From: Emiliania huxleyi CCMP1516 | Taxonomy: Eukaryota | DNA length: 64,000 nucleotides | Assembly (NCBI RefSeq): GCF_000372725.1 | Contig: NW_005202428.1 | Span: 2,345,791-2,409,790 of the forward strand | Direction of reading: 5' to 3' | The notes under the pieces: generated by a model | What the model was told of the DNA's origin: nothing | What the model saw: only the letters and a program-made list of their open reading frames with translations | Database searches by the model: none | Made by a program: the position numbers and the translations under genes | In this document: in pieces, positions 45,996-57,800 of the stretch | Layout: each line of letters starts with the position of its first letter | Position numbering within the stretch: position 1 is the first letter of the stretch

Positions 45996-47763
45996 TCACT
46001 CCTCCTTGGGCGCCGGAAGGGCGCGGAAGACGACAGCGAGCGACGAGCCGACGATGGCCATCCAGACGACAGAGACGGCCGACGGCACGCGGACGAGGAA
46101 CTCGCCGAAGTGGAGCTTGGCGAGGAGGAAGCCAAAGGCGGACGACTTCATCGACGTCTCGATGGCGACCGTGCGGCAGGTGGTCTCTGGGTAAAACTTC
46201 TTGAGCCCAAAGTAGGAGACGGCGCCCCCGACGACGTGCAGCAGGAAGGCGGTGGCCTGCAGCTTGAGGCCGGCGGCGAGGATGGGCGCCTGCGGTGCGG
46301 ACACGCCCAGAGAGAAGGGGGAGTCAAAGGGGGAGTCAAAGGGGACACGAGGCCGTGCGGTGCACTCGGAGCATCGCGTGAATGCAAGGCCCACCGCCGA
46401 ACACGCTGCCGCGCTGCGGCGTGGCTTGCATCTAGGTGGTGGGCGCCGAGCACTGGGCGACAGCGGATCCGACGAGGAGGATCGTCGACAGCACGCCCAC
46501 GATGGGCGAGAAGGGCTCGACCTTCTTGACCGCCTGACGGAGGGGGGGGGAGAGTGGAGGGGAGAGAGAGGCGGGGGGGGGGGGGTTGCCTTGGGGAACT
46601 TAGCGTTCAGGCTCATGCCGAGTACGATCGGCAGCAGGACAACCTGCGGCGGAGGAGGGACGGAGGAGGTGGTGGGCGCGTCCCGCTCCTCCGGCGCACG
46701 CACCCTCGCCACCGTGCGGCGACTCGGGCGGAGCCCCTGCGCGCCTCCCTGTTCCTGTCCCCTGTACAGGAGCTGCTGGAGCTAGCCTCGGCACTCCTCG
46801 CCGCTACCCGCTTGCAGGAGCGGCGCTCTCAGGGGAGTCGCGAGTGGCCGAGGAGCAACTAGGGACTCGAGGCACGCCGCTACGATCTCGGCTGCACCTC
46901 GGCTACACCTCGGCTGCATCTCGGCCGCATCTCGGCCGCATCTCGGCCGCATCTCTGCCGCATCTCTGCCGCAGGACCTGGATAGTCGAGACTGCGACAC
47001 CGGTGGCATCGACGGGCACGAGCGTGCCCAGGAGGAGCTTGCAGAGCAGCGGCGTCATGAAGATCGCCCCCAGGGTCGTCACCGTCGTCATCATCACCTA
47101 TAGGAGCGGGCACCGCCCCTCTGCCGGCCGGCGCCACCGGCACGGCTCCCGCAGCGAGTCGCTCGCAGAGAGAGCGACGTCGCCCTTGGCGATGTAGGTG
47201 CAGAGGTTGGAGGCCTGGCCACCGTTGATCGAGCCGACCAGCACCATACCCGCCGTCAGCGCGGGCGTCAGCCCGAACGCCTTGGAGAGGCCGAGCGCGA
47301 GGAGAGGCATGAAGCCGTAGCAGCCGGCAAAGCCAGTCAACATGACTCCCGGCCGGGTGAGGACGCGCTTGAAGTCGTCGATGGTGAGGGTGATGCCCAT
47401 CGAGAGCATGAGCATGCCCAGCAGGCCGGTGAAGGCCGACGTCGGGATCCCGGACAGTGTGGCCGGGCGGAAGAGACCGAGTAGCGCAACAAGAGCCGTC
47501 CAGAGCGGAAACAGGTTCGAGAAGGAGTCGGAGAAGGTCTGGAAGGCCGAGCGCGCCGCTGGCTCGATCGGTGCCTCCGACTGCGCCGTCGGATCGATGG
47601 CTTCAGCAGTCATGAGAGCAGCGGCGACACGCCTCAACTGCGGAGCAGCGAGCGGGAGCGACGGCGAGGCAGCACCGCGGAGCGACGGGCGCATCGCCAC
47701 ATGCGCATGCAGAGCACTCACACCCGCGAGGGAGAGCAAGAGAACAACCAGTCGTGCTAACAT
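45996..47763 (-). CDS. Plastid bile acid:sodium symporter family protein (BASS2-like), multi-exon
   Basis: Signal plus transit leader, then [78 protein letters not shown] and [10 protein letters not shown]. Confidence 0.9.
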
Positions 47764-48735
47764 CGCGGGGCGTCACGCGGCTGTGGCACCGTGCACGCAG
47801 AAGCCTGTCGACACCCTGGAGCGGCCGAGGCGGGAGTTTTTCTTTTTCTCCTTTCAAAACCAGAGAGAGACGGCACTGACTTTTTAATTTTGGAACAACA
47901 ATTAAAGTATTAAGTCAAGAAGGCTAAAGATTTGCCCTGGATTCTGCTGGATTTGCCCAGGCTGGCCCCCAGCGCCCAGGCGGCGGGGGACGGCCACCCA
48001 CCCACAGCAAAGGCGAATAAGCGGTTGGGTCGGAGCGAAGAGACCCTCGCGCGTGCGCCCTCCCCTCCGTTCGTCGGCCGTCGGCCAAAGCACGGCGGCG
48101 CATATACGCCCCGACAGTTTTGCTGTCTCTGCGCAATGTGGGGCCGCAGTGGCGGGCGGCGCTGTGGCGCGATACTTCGAGCTTCGCGCTTCTTCTCCGC
48201 GGCGTGATCCGAAGCTTTTTCCGTCGACGCCTTGCGTGAACCTGCAGAAGGCGGCCGAGACCACCACTCTCTAGCAGCTTGCTGCTCGGGGGCGTTTCGT
48301 GCTTTCACGCTCCCACTGCTCACTCGTCGTGCTGTAGTGGGCCCCAGTTGAAGTGCGTCCACACATCGATCTGGTACTCGGTGACCGTAAGCAAGAACTT
48401 GCAACCTGCAACGAGAAGCGGGAGCCTGTTGGGAGATGCACTCACACGATGGTATGCACTCACACGGTCGTTACGCATCTAGCGGGCGGGGCCGTAAAAG
48501 ATGCAGAGCCCAATGAAGACGTACCGCACCACCGCCCAGTTCCCTGTCCATGCCGGCCGAATTCGGCCGGCTCCGCCCATCCTCAGTCCTGGATCAAGGA
48601 CTGGACGGCCAATCACCGGCTGGCCAATCACTGGCTCGCGCTCCGCCGGCTCGTCAGCAGGGACTTGGACATACCTGACAGAACAGAGGAGGTGCAGGCG
48701 CTCTCTTGCCGCTGCTCTCTTACACACTTACACTT

Positions 48736-48786
<51 letters not shown>

Positions 48787-50078
48787 ACCATCACAATTGC
48801 GCAGAATGTGCACTGCCTTCGCCACGCAAACTTGTCGAGTTGGTGCCAGTGTATCGGGATGTGGTGGATGATCCCATGTGTCATGGTCCGCTAGTTAGGC
48901 TGTGAAGATACGCAGCGTACGTTGCGCTTGAGGCCATGTGCGCCCGGGGGGCTCGTCGCTTCGAAGAGCAACTTGTGTTCCTTCGCCACTTTCGCGCGAA
49001 ACAAACTTCTTCTTTTTTCTTTTTCCGGCATGGTCTCGCTGCGATGGTGCGCCGCCTGCCCCGATTGCAGCGGTCCTGGAGCTAGAGGCGTGCACTGGCT
49101 CCACCAGGCACCAGCCTTACAAACGACGAGCGGCGACCGAACGAACGCGACGCCGAGCGAGGGCGGGCGGCTGGAGGCGATGGCGGGGGTGGGCCTGGCG
49201 AGGCCATCGGAGACAGGGCTGAGGAGCTACCAACATACGTGTGTAGGAAGGTGAAGAACAGTCATCAGATGAATAGAGATTGCGAGCGGGGGAGGGGGGG
49301 GGAGAAAACTTGCTCTCGGCGGCACTCCAGCTCGGGCCATCGGCACGCTCTCTAGGCGGTCAGCCTTTGATGAAACATGATTTGGCACGGGTCGCAACGC
49401 TCCAGCAGGCGCCTCCTCATGTTGCTGGCATCGGTCGCCGGCCTCATTGCGTGCTCATTGTTGGCTGGGTTATCACTCCCGCGTCAGCTCGAGGGCACCT
49501 CGCAGGCTCAAGGTTCCCAGCATGCAATGTGTGCCAGCCGCCTTGTATGTAGCGTGAACCCGCTCCTTTGGATCCCGTTGCTTCAAGCACACTGCGATTT
49601 GGAGCAATGTGTGGGCTGCGGCGGCCCAGGATCCAACGGAGAGGACTGCGGCGACAGTCGAGCTGTGCGAGGCACGGGCGGATCTCTGTCGGTTGTGAAC
49701 TGGGCCGAGACAGCCCTGCAGGCCTTCATCGTGTACTTCAAGGAAGACCACAAGTCAATGGAGGCGGCGCTGGTAGACCAGTTTCGGCCCCACCTTTTGA
49801 CCAGCTGAGTCGTGAGTGGGTGCAGTGAGTCTCGGTCGTCTTGGCACAAAAGCTGTGGAGCAGGCCGCAGAGCTGTGTCAGTGTGTACGTTACAATGACG
49901 CGATGCACGAGCCACTCATGGCTCACGCTCGGAGCGGGACACAGTTGTTCTTGTTGGGCACACTGTCCCTGGCTCTACACGCTACAGAACAGCGCCCCTA
50001 TGAGCCTATACGCGCTCCTCTCGACGGTACACAAACATAATACGAAGACGGCTTTACACACAGGGGGTCGCGTCCCCG

Positions 50079-51088
50079 TCACGGCGGCAACGCAAGTGGA
50101 ATTGGCTGACTGGACGCCTCTGCACCCCGAGCAGCCTGGACTGTTGGCCCGGCCGCCGTCGACGCGCCGCTGCCCTCCTCCTCGCTGCCTCCCGGCTCGC
50201 CGGGCGCCACGAGCAGCTTGGAGGAGAGCATGCCCCGCGGCGAGTCGTCGAGCAGCTGGTCCCTCGCCTCGGATCCCAGGAACGCGAGAGCGCCGAGCAC
50301 GAGCGAGCCGGCGCATAAGCGAAAGACGAGGGCCCAGTCTCCCCTCGTCGAGGCGAGCAGCTGGCCCGTGGCAGTGTTGCCGACGATGCCGGGCAGCGAG
50401 GCTGCCGTGTTGCTCATGGCGAGAAGCAGGGCGCCGTGCCGCCGGCTCAGGTCCCCAAAGGTTGCCCAGTACCCCGCCGAGGAGCCTAAGCACAGAAGAG
50501 TCGCGCTGTCAGAGACAGACAGAAGACTACGTCATAAATGTCCGCAAAAGGCGCCGAAGCCGGCCATCCCGATGGCGACGCTCAGGCACGCCGTGGCCGC
50601 GACAATCGACCCTCGTGGCGCGGAGCTGCCGCCGCCGCAGGGCGCGACGCAGCTCAGCGCGCCGAAGCCGGCGGCGCCGCCGAGCAGGCCGGCGCTGTTG
50701 ATGAGCTTGCGAGTGCGGGTGGGAGAGAGCCCGCGCGCCTCGAGCCGGTCGGCGACGACGCCCGAGGCGGCGCTGCACGCGAACAGGGCGACGTAGGGCG
50801 CGGCGGATGCGGCGGCGAGGTCGGCCGAGGAGGCGTTTGGCCAGGTCGTGTGCAGGAACTTGTCGATCCAGGAGAGGCCGATGTAGAAGGTCCAGTTGTA
50901 GAGGCAGTGGCAGGTGGCGGTGCAGAGGAAGGGCCGATTCGTGAGGATGGCGCGCCACGGGGTGACGCCCCGCGCCACCTGCAGGGAAAATACGAGAAGG
51001 GTTCGAGAAGGTTCTTGAGAGAGCGAGGGAGGGAGGGAGGGAGGGAGAGGGAGGGAGGGAGGGAGGGAGGGAGGGAGGGAGGGAGGGA

Positions 51089-51157
<69 letters not shown>

Positions 51158-51784
51158 GTTGCGCGCCTCAGGCGGGCGAGACGCGTGGATGAGGGCGAGC
51201 TCCTCCGCCGAGATGCAGCGGTGCCGCGCAGGGTCCGAGGTTGCGAACGAGGCAAAGGCGACCATCCACGCCAGTCCACACGCGGCCGAGACCAGGAAGA
51301 CGCTCCTCCACCCCGTGGACGCGAGGAGGAAAGGGCCGAGCAGCAGCATCAGCACCGTGCCGGCGGGCTCGCCCGTGGTGATGAAGGCCCAGCTCGACGA
51401 CCGCTCGCTCGTCGGGATCCAGACGCTCACTAGCTGCGCCATCGACGGGTAGCAGCACGCCTCAGCGCAGCCGACGAGGACCCGGAGTGCAAAGAGCGCC
51501 GCAAACGCACCGCGTGTGAAGCAGCTCGCCGCGCTTGCAAGCGACCAAACGGCCACGGCCGCCGTGAGGACGCGGCTGCCACCGAAACGCGACGCGAGCC
51601 ATCCCGCGGGCGTCTGGAAGGCAAAATAGCCGCAGTAAAAGGCGGCGAGCATGCGCCCCTCGGCCGCGTCGGAGGAGAACATGGCGCCGATCGCAACAGA
51701 GACGTTCGTGCGGGCCATGTAGAGGCAGACATCACCGAGCCAGAGGAGCAGGATGAGGGACTTGCGGGTTGAGAGGCGCGGCAT
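50079..51784 (-). CDS. MFS anion:cation symporter (SLC17/PHT4/sialin-like), 3 exons
   Basis: YMARTNVSVAI, AFYCGYFAFQTPAGWLASRFGG, WIPTSERS, GWRSVF, ISAEELALI, TPWRAIL and SNTAASLPGIVG. Intron 1 holds (GGGA)n/(GA)n. Confidence 0.88.
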
Positions 51785-51840
51785 GGCAGCGCCCGTCACC
51801 CCCACTTCCGCCGCGAAAATGCATTTTCGTTTTTTTCAAT

Positions 51841-53030
51841 GAACACTCAATTTATGCAAAGCGGCTAGGGATGAGGCCACAAAAGAGGCGCGCGAGGCAA
51901 GGAGGAGACGCGGAGAACTGAGAGACTGGGACGACTGGAAACAAGAAGACAGTGAGCCACCACAGGCGTCGTTGGCGCACATACTGAGCGGCAGCTGCGC
52001 TGGAATAAGGAAGAGGCGCGTCACTTCATGCGGAAGCTCGACAAACACACGGCGAGGGCGACAGCAATAGTCGAACGGGCGGCGCCGGACTCAAAAGACA
52101 CCGCCACATTCCTGAGACGCGCGAGGGCAGCCTCCTTAAAGGCAATGGGGTCTATCTAGATTCGGAGCGCTCGCCGAAGGGGAGTACGACAAAATAGCGC
52201 CCGTGATTGCCTGCACGCTGCCCGCACTCACGGACCCCATACCCGAAAGAAAGAGAGGGGAGCTCGCAGGAGAGGTGACGGAGTGAACTACAGGTAGTGG
52301 GGAAGGCAGCCTCGACTGCCATACAGACATGGGTGCGAAACAACGACAAGACCAAGGCACGGGCAGAGGAACGAGAGAAGAATATAGGGTGGATAAAGCG
52401 CCTGTTCACGGCATGGAGGGTGAGCCACGCCGAACGTACTGAACGTAGAGCCGAGTCCCGAGCGGAAGGAAGAGGGGGAAGACGCGACTCCGAGGAGGAC
52501 GAACCAGTGGAAATCCCGTTGTCAGCCGTCACGATGCACCCGAAGGGGACCCCAGCGCCGGCATCAGCAGTGAAGGCACAAGTGTTCGAAGAGAGAGTGG
52601 ACCTGAGCAATGATATGACTGGGTGGCAAATGATAGCAGTGGGCGTCAGAAGACTCGTCCTTGCTCGAGGAGAGCTCGATAGACTCGAGGGGCCAGGATA
52701 TGCAGCGAGGAGGGCGGAGCTGCGCCGAAAGGCGCAAGAAGCAGCGAGAACAAGGGACCGGCAGGCGGCGGCGTCGCAGGACGAGGCAGACGAGAACAAC
52801 GCGACAGAGGAGGAAGTGACAAGGGAGAGAACGACGAGGGTGGGACGACCGCGAGGTGGCATGAAGGTTGCAGCGAGAATCGGCGAGAGACTGCGAAGAG
52901 AGATAGGAAGAGGCGGACGCCCAAGGGTGGGCGACGGCTAGCGCACCACACCCCTCTCCTTAAAATCCCTGTGTGGTGGCGGCGTGCCGTCCTCCCATCC
53001 CTCCCTTGGCTTGTCCATTTTCTTTCTTTC
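51841..53030 (+). mobile_element. Family A non-LTR retrotransposon (LINE), 1.2-kb 5'-truncated and frameshifted copy
   Basis: Remnant NLC...SLAHILSGSC resembles the C-terminal zinc knuckle of LINE ORF2. The ORF ends RVGDG* at 52941, followed by a structured 3' UTR and TTTC tail. 11-bp direct repeat TTTTTTTCAAT at 51830-51840 and 53031-53041. Confidence 0.8.
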
Positions 53031-53894
53031 TTTTTTTCAATTTACGTAGGTACTTTTAGCTTTCTGGGAGAAAAGGGAGAGGGGTTGTGTTCTCTCTCTC
53101 AATGTACGTGGCTCTTACGTACATTCCCGTAGGAGGCCTCTGCCTTTTTGTGTTCACTCCCATCCCTGTCAGCAGTCCACGTACTTTTAGCTTACTCTTG
53201 GTATTTGCTATCTCTCTCTCGGTCTCGGGAACATTCGAAGACATCGTGAAAAAGGAAAACGATGAGCTCACTAGCTCTCGAGGGGTCCCGTACCACGCGG
53301 AATCGACCCTATCCAGTGCTCAAGTGCTCAAGCTAGAGCTCACACTAGAGGCCGTCATCGCATTCGCCTTCCTGCATCCTTCCACCTTCCTGGTACCCAG
53401 CAGCGCTGGCTTCTGACTGTCGTTGCTGTCTCTCCCTTCTCGACTGTATGAGAGGTTGCTTGTGCGTCTTGGGTCCGGGGTTGTGTTTTTGTGTCGCACC
53501 TCAACCTCAGACCAGCGCCCAGCGCCATCGGAGGTATTTTCTTCTCAATAACAAGGCTGTGTTGCATGTCTGACTGTCACTGTGCTATTTCGGGGCCCGG
53601 GGTCGTGCGTTTATGTGAACGCCGCCTCCACCTCCGCCTTCAATCTCAATGTCCCACCCCCCTGCGCGCGGGCCTTCTAGGCCCGCGGGTAGTCTCCCCC
53701 CATCCCCAGGGCCTCCAGGGCTCGCACCTCAACCTCTCATAGACCAGCGCAAAGCGCCATAGGACGTATTTTCTTGTCAATAAGGCAAGGTCTGTGAAAG
53801 GAAAACGTGTGGAGGCACACTCCCGCGACAGCGGCGCCGACATCGACCGCACACATCAGCCACGTAGCTCCAAAGGTGCCCTGGCGCCTACGTC

Positions 53895-54644
53895 ATGGCC
53901 GCTGCGGCCGGAGACGCGCGCGGTTGCACCTCGGACGACCGCGGCGGCGATGATCTCGAGGCGGCAGTGCGAGTCAGCCTCGTCTCTGCCGAGGAGGCGG
54001 GGCTGGAGGAGTCGGACGGTGTGGCGTTCCGCGACCTGGCGCCCGCCGACCTCCCCGCGCTGCGTGAGCTGCAGACGGCCCTCTTCCCCGTGCGGTACAA
54101 CGACTCGTTCTACGAGCGGCTCTTCTCTCCGGGCTACTTTACGCTCGTGGGTATCGATGCAGCGCCGCCGAGCGACGGCTCGTTTGAGGGCACGGCGGTG
54201 GCCGGCGGCGGCGCCCTCGTCGCCGTCGCCTCGGTGCGCATCACCAGCGACTGGAGGGTCGCCTACATTATGACGCTCGGCGTCGACCACCGCTACCGCC
54301 GCCGCGGCCTCGGCGCCCGCGCGCTGCGGCTCTGTCTGCGCGCGACGTGCGAGCGGTCTCGCTGCCAGCTGGCGCAGCTGCACGTCAAGTCACTCAACGA
54401 GGCGGCGGTCGCCTTCTACAATAGCATGGGCTTCCAGGCCGACGAGGCCGAGGGCCACGCCGGCCTCTGCCGCGCGCACTACCTGATCGAGGGCGAGCCG
54501 TACGACGCCTTTGCGCTCAAGTACGACCTGCGCCCGTTGAGACGAGACCTCGGCGAGGAGGAGGGCGGCCCGTACTCGCACTACGGCTCCTCTCTCTACT
54601 CGTGGGCCCAGTCGACGTGCGAAGGAGGATGCGCCATCCTGTGA
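53895..54644 (+). CDS. GNAT N-terminal acetyltransferase, NAA60/NAA50-like, intronless
   Basis: LFPVRYNDSFY, AYIMTLGVDHRYRRRGLG, LHVKSLNEAAVAFY..MGF and HYLIEGEPYDAF. The protein ends CAIL*. Confidence 0.88.
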   Translation: MAAAAGDARGCTSDDRGGDDLEAAVRVSLVSAEEAGLEESDGVAFRDLAPADLPALRELQTALFPVRYNDSFYERLFSPGYFTLVGIDAAPPSDGSFEGTAVAGGGALVAVASVRITSDWRVAYIMTLGVDHRYRRRGLGARALRLCLRATCERSRCQLAQLHVKSLNEAAVAFYNSMGFQADEAEGHAGLCRAHYLIEGEPYDAFALKYDLRPLRRDLGEEEGGPYSHYGSSLYSWAQSTCEGGCAIL

Positions 54645-54809
54645 AGCGCGTGGCCGTGGACGCTGGCGGCGGCCGGGGCGCGGGCCAGCCGTCGCGTGCA
54701 GCGCCAGCGGCGCGAAAGAGATCGTATATTTACCGAAAATCTCGTGTGTGTGTCACCCGGGACTAGTCCACAGCGCAAGGGACGCACAAGGTCTGGGGCC
54801 TACACGGCT

Positions 54810-57800
54810 TTACGCCTCGACCACGACGCTCTCGCCGTCGTCCGCATACCTGCCGCCGGCGAATCGTCCCTCTGCGCGCTCGCCCACCAGCGAGTAGGGG
54901 CGCGCCTCGACGATGCGGACCGGCACGAGCTGCCCCTTGAGCTCGTCGATGTCGCCCTCGAAGAAGACGGGACAGCCCTGCGGGTTGCGCCCCTTGACCT
55001 GCGCCGGGTGGCGCTCGTTCCGCTTCTCGACGAGCACCTCCTCGACGCGGCCGAGGTAGCGCTGCCGCCGCTCCAGCGCGTGCTCGGCCGCGAGCTCGTT
55101 GATGCGCCGCAGCCGCTCCTTCTTGACCCCCTCCTCCACCTGGTCGCCCCACACCGCAGCCGGCGTGTGCGGCCGCGGCGAGTAGGCGGCGGTGTTGATC
55201 TGGTCGAAGCGCACATCGCGCATCAGCTGCAGCGTGTTTTCGAACTGCTCCTCGGTCTCGCCCGGGAAGCCGACGATCGCGTCCGCCGTGATGGCGGCGT
55301 CCGGCAGCCTGGTGCGGATGTTGTGCACGATCTCGCGGTACCGGGCCGCGGTGTGGCCTCGGCCCATGTCGCGCAGGATGCCGTCGTCGCCGGACTGGAA
55401 GGGGATGTGGAACATCGGGCAGAGCGCCGGCACCTCTGCCACCGCGTCGATCACGCGCGGGGACATGTACCTGCGTGCGGAGAGGACCACGTGTGCGTGT
55501 CGTTTTCCAGAGCGCTTGGAGTCGGAGCACCGGGTGGAGAGATCGGAGGCCGGCATGTCGAGGGCATGTCTAGGGCATGTCGAGGGCATGTCTAGGGCAT
55601 GTCTAGGGACGTCGGTTACCGCGGGTGGGACGTGACGAATCGCATCCGCGCGAGCCCGTCCACGCCGCCGACGTCGCGCAGCAGGTCGGCGAAGGACTGC
55701 TTGGGGGACAGGTCCGATCCCCACGAGTCGATGTTTTGGCCGAGCAGCGTCACCTCGCGGTACCCCTCCGCCACCAGCGCCTCGATCTCGGCGCGCACCG
55801 CGTCGCGCGGGCGCGACTGCTCCGAGCCGCGCCTGTTCACGCCGCAGCGGCTGTGAAGAGACCGCGCCCGCGCCTCGCGGGGGACTGCTCCGAGCCGCGC
55901 GTCGTCGGCACGACGCAGTACGTGCAGCGCTCGTTGCAGCCGTAGATGACGTTGACCCACGCGCAGACGGTGGAGGAGCGCTGCGGCTGGGTCGGGTCCT
56001 CCATGATGTGGGTCGGGGCCTAACACGCCCAGCCTCCCCTCGCCTCACCTCGGGGCTGCGCCTCGCGCCTCCTCCTCCTCGATGCGCTCTCTCTCGCCGT
56101 CGCGACGATCTGGTTGCCGTTGAAGACTCCCTCGAGCAGGTCGCCGAGCCGGTTGGCGTACTGCGGCAAGGGGGGGGCGAGGGCGGCGGCGGTAGCTGGC
56201 GCGGAGAGTCTGGTCGGCGGCTTGGCGGCGGCTTGGCCGGGGCTGGGCGGGGGAAGCTTGGCGGGGGAGGTGGGATTGCTTGGCGCGGCGGGGGGGGCAG
56301 ACCTGCGGGCCCATCACCATGTCGATCTCGGGCACCCGCCTCAGCAGCGCCTCCCCCTCCTGCTGCGCGACGCAGCCGGCGACCACGATCGCAAGGTCCT
56401 CGCCCGCGCGCTTGCGCGCCTGTGGGGAGGCTCGCCGGAGGCTGCGAGAAGGTTGCCAGCGTTGCGAGAAGGCTCCGGAGAGGGAAAGTAGTCTTGAGAG
56501 AAGCCGTGAAAACGCCAGTGGGGTGGGCTGCGGCAGAGTGAGGGGAGGGTGCGGGGAGGGAGAGGGTGCGGGGAGGGAGAGGGTGCGGGGAGGGAGAGGC
56601 TGCGGGGAGGGAGAGGGCGCGGGGAGGGAGAGGGTGCGGGGAGGGAGAGGGTGCGGGGAGGGGGAGGGTGCGGGGAGGGAGAGGGTGCGGGGAGGGAGAG
56701 GGTGCGGGGAGGGAGAGGGTGCGGGGAGCGGAGAGGGTGCGGGGAGGGAGGAGCACCGCGTGCGGGCCGAGGTACGAGTAGACCTTTGCCTCGGCGTGCT
56801 CGCGGATGGAGCACGTGTTGAGCACAACCACCTGCGGTCGGGGGGAGGGGAGGGAGGGCCCGAGGTGACCCGAGAGGACGAGCCGACACCCGACATGACC
56901 CGACATGACCCGAGATGAGCCGAGAGGACTGACACTGCACTTCACCTGCGCCGGCGTGCCCTCCTCCGCCCGCGCAAAGCCGAGCGAGCGCAGCTGCCCC
57001 TCCATCCGCTCCGCGTCCGCCGTGTTCATCTGGCAGCCCATCGAGTCCATCGAGTACCTTGCGGACGCGTCGCGACGCGTCCCCAGGAGGCGGGTGAGCC
57101 ACCCAAGGGCGGTGGAGACAGTCAGTGCGGTGAGGGGGGACGTGTCTCGGAAATGTCGCATACCGCAGCTGCGCGCCGCGCCCGCGCCCAGAGTTGCGCC
57201 TCAGCTCGCCGCTCGCCTCCGCGCCCTCGCCGCCCCCGCCGCCGCCGCCCTCGCCGCCGCCGCCCTCGCCGCCGCCGCCCTCGCCGCCGCCGCCCTCGCC
57301 GCCGCCGCCCTCGCCGGCCGTCAGCTGCCGGAAGCTGCGCGCGTCCTCGCGCGAGGCGCGCAGCAGCCGGATCAGCGGCTGCGGAGAGAGGCCAGTGCCG
57401 GGCAGCCCCTTTGTGCGCGGGTTTGAGTCGATCATGAGGGTCTGAAAGACGTCCACCACCTGGACGACGTGCCAGCCGAGCGGCGTCTCGCCGAGGAAGG
57501 CGTCGCCCGGCTTGGTCGCCATCGCCGCCTCGCGCAAGTTTCTCGGAAAGTACTCGTCGAGGTGCTCGTCCTCGATCCCGCTCCAGCCAACCTCGCCACC
57601 CTTGTCTCGCGTCACCGCGCAGGTCGAGAGGCGGGCGAGTTCGTCGAACCGCGCGCCGCCGCCGCGCAGCTGCTCGCTCAGCGTCTCCGCCATCTCGCGC
57701 GAGTCCACGACGATGTGCCTCACGCGCACCGCCGTCACCGCGTCGCTGCGCGCCTTGTTGACCGCGCGCTTCCACTCGACGGTCTTGCCGAGGGCGAGGT

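Noticed and set aside
53495..53795. Two diverged direct repeats of about 70 bp that could be LTRs
   Set aside because: No TG...CA ends, PBS or PPT, and too short and diverged to call.
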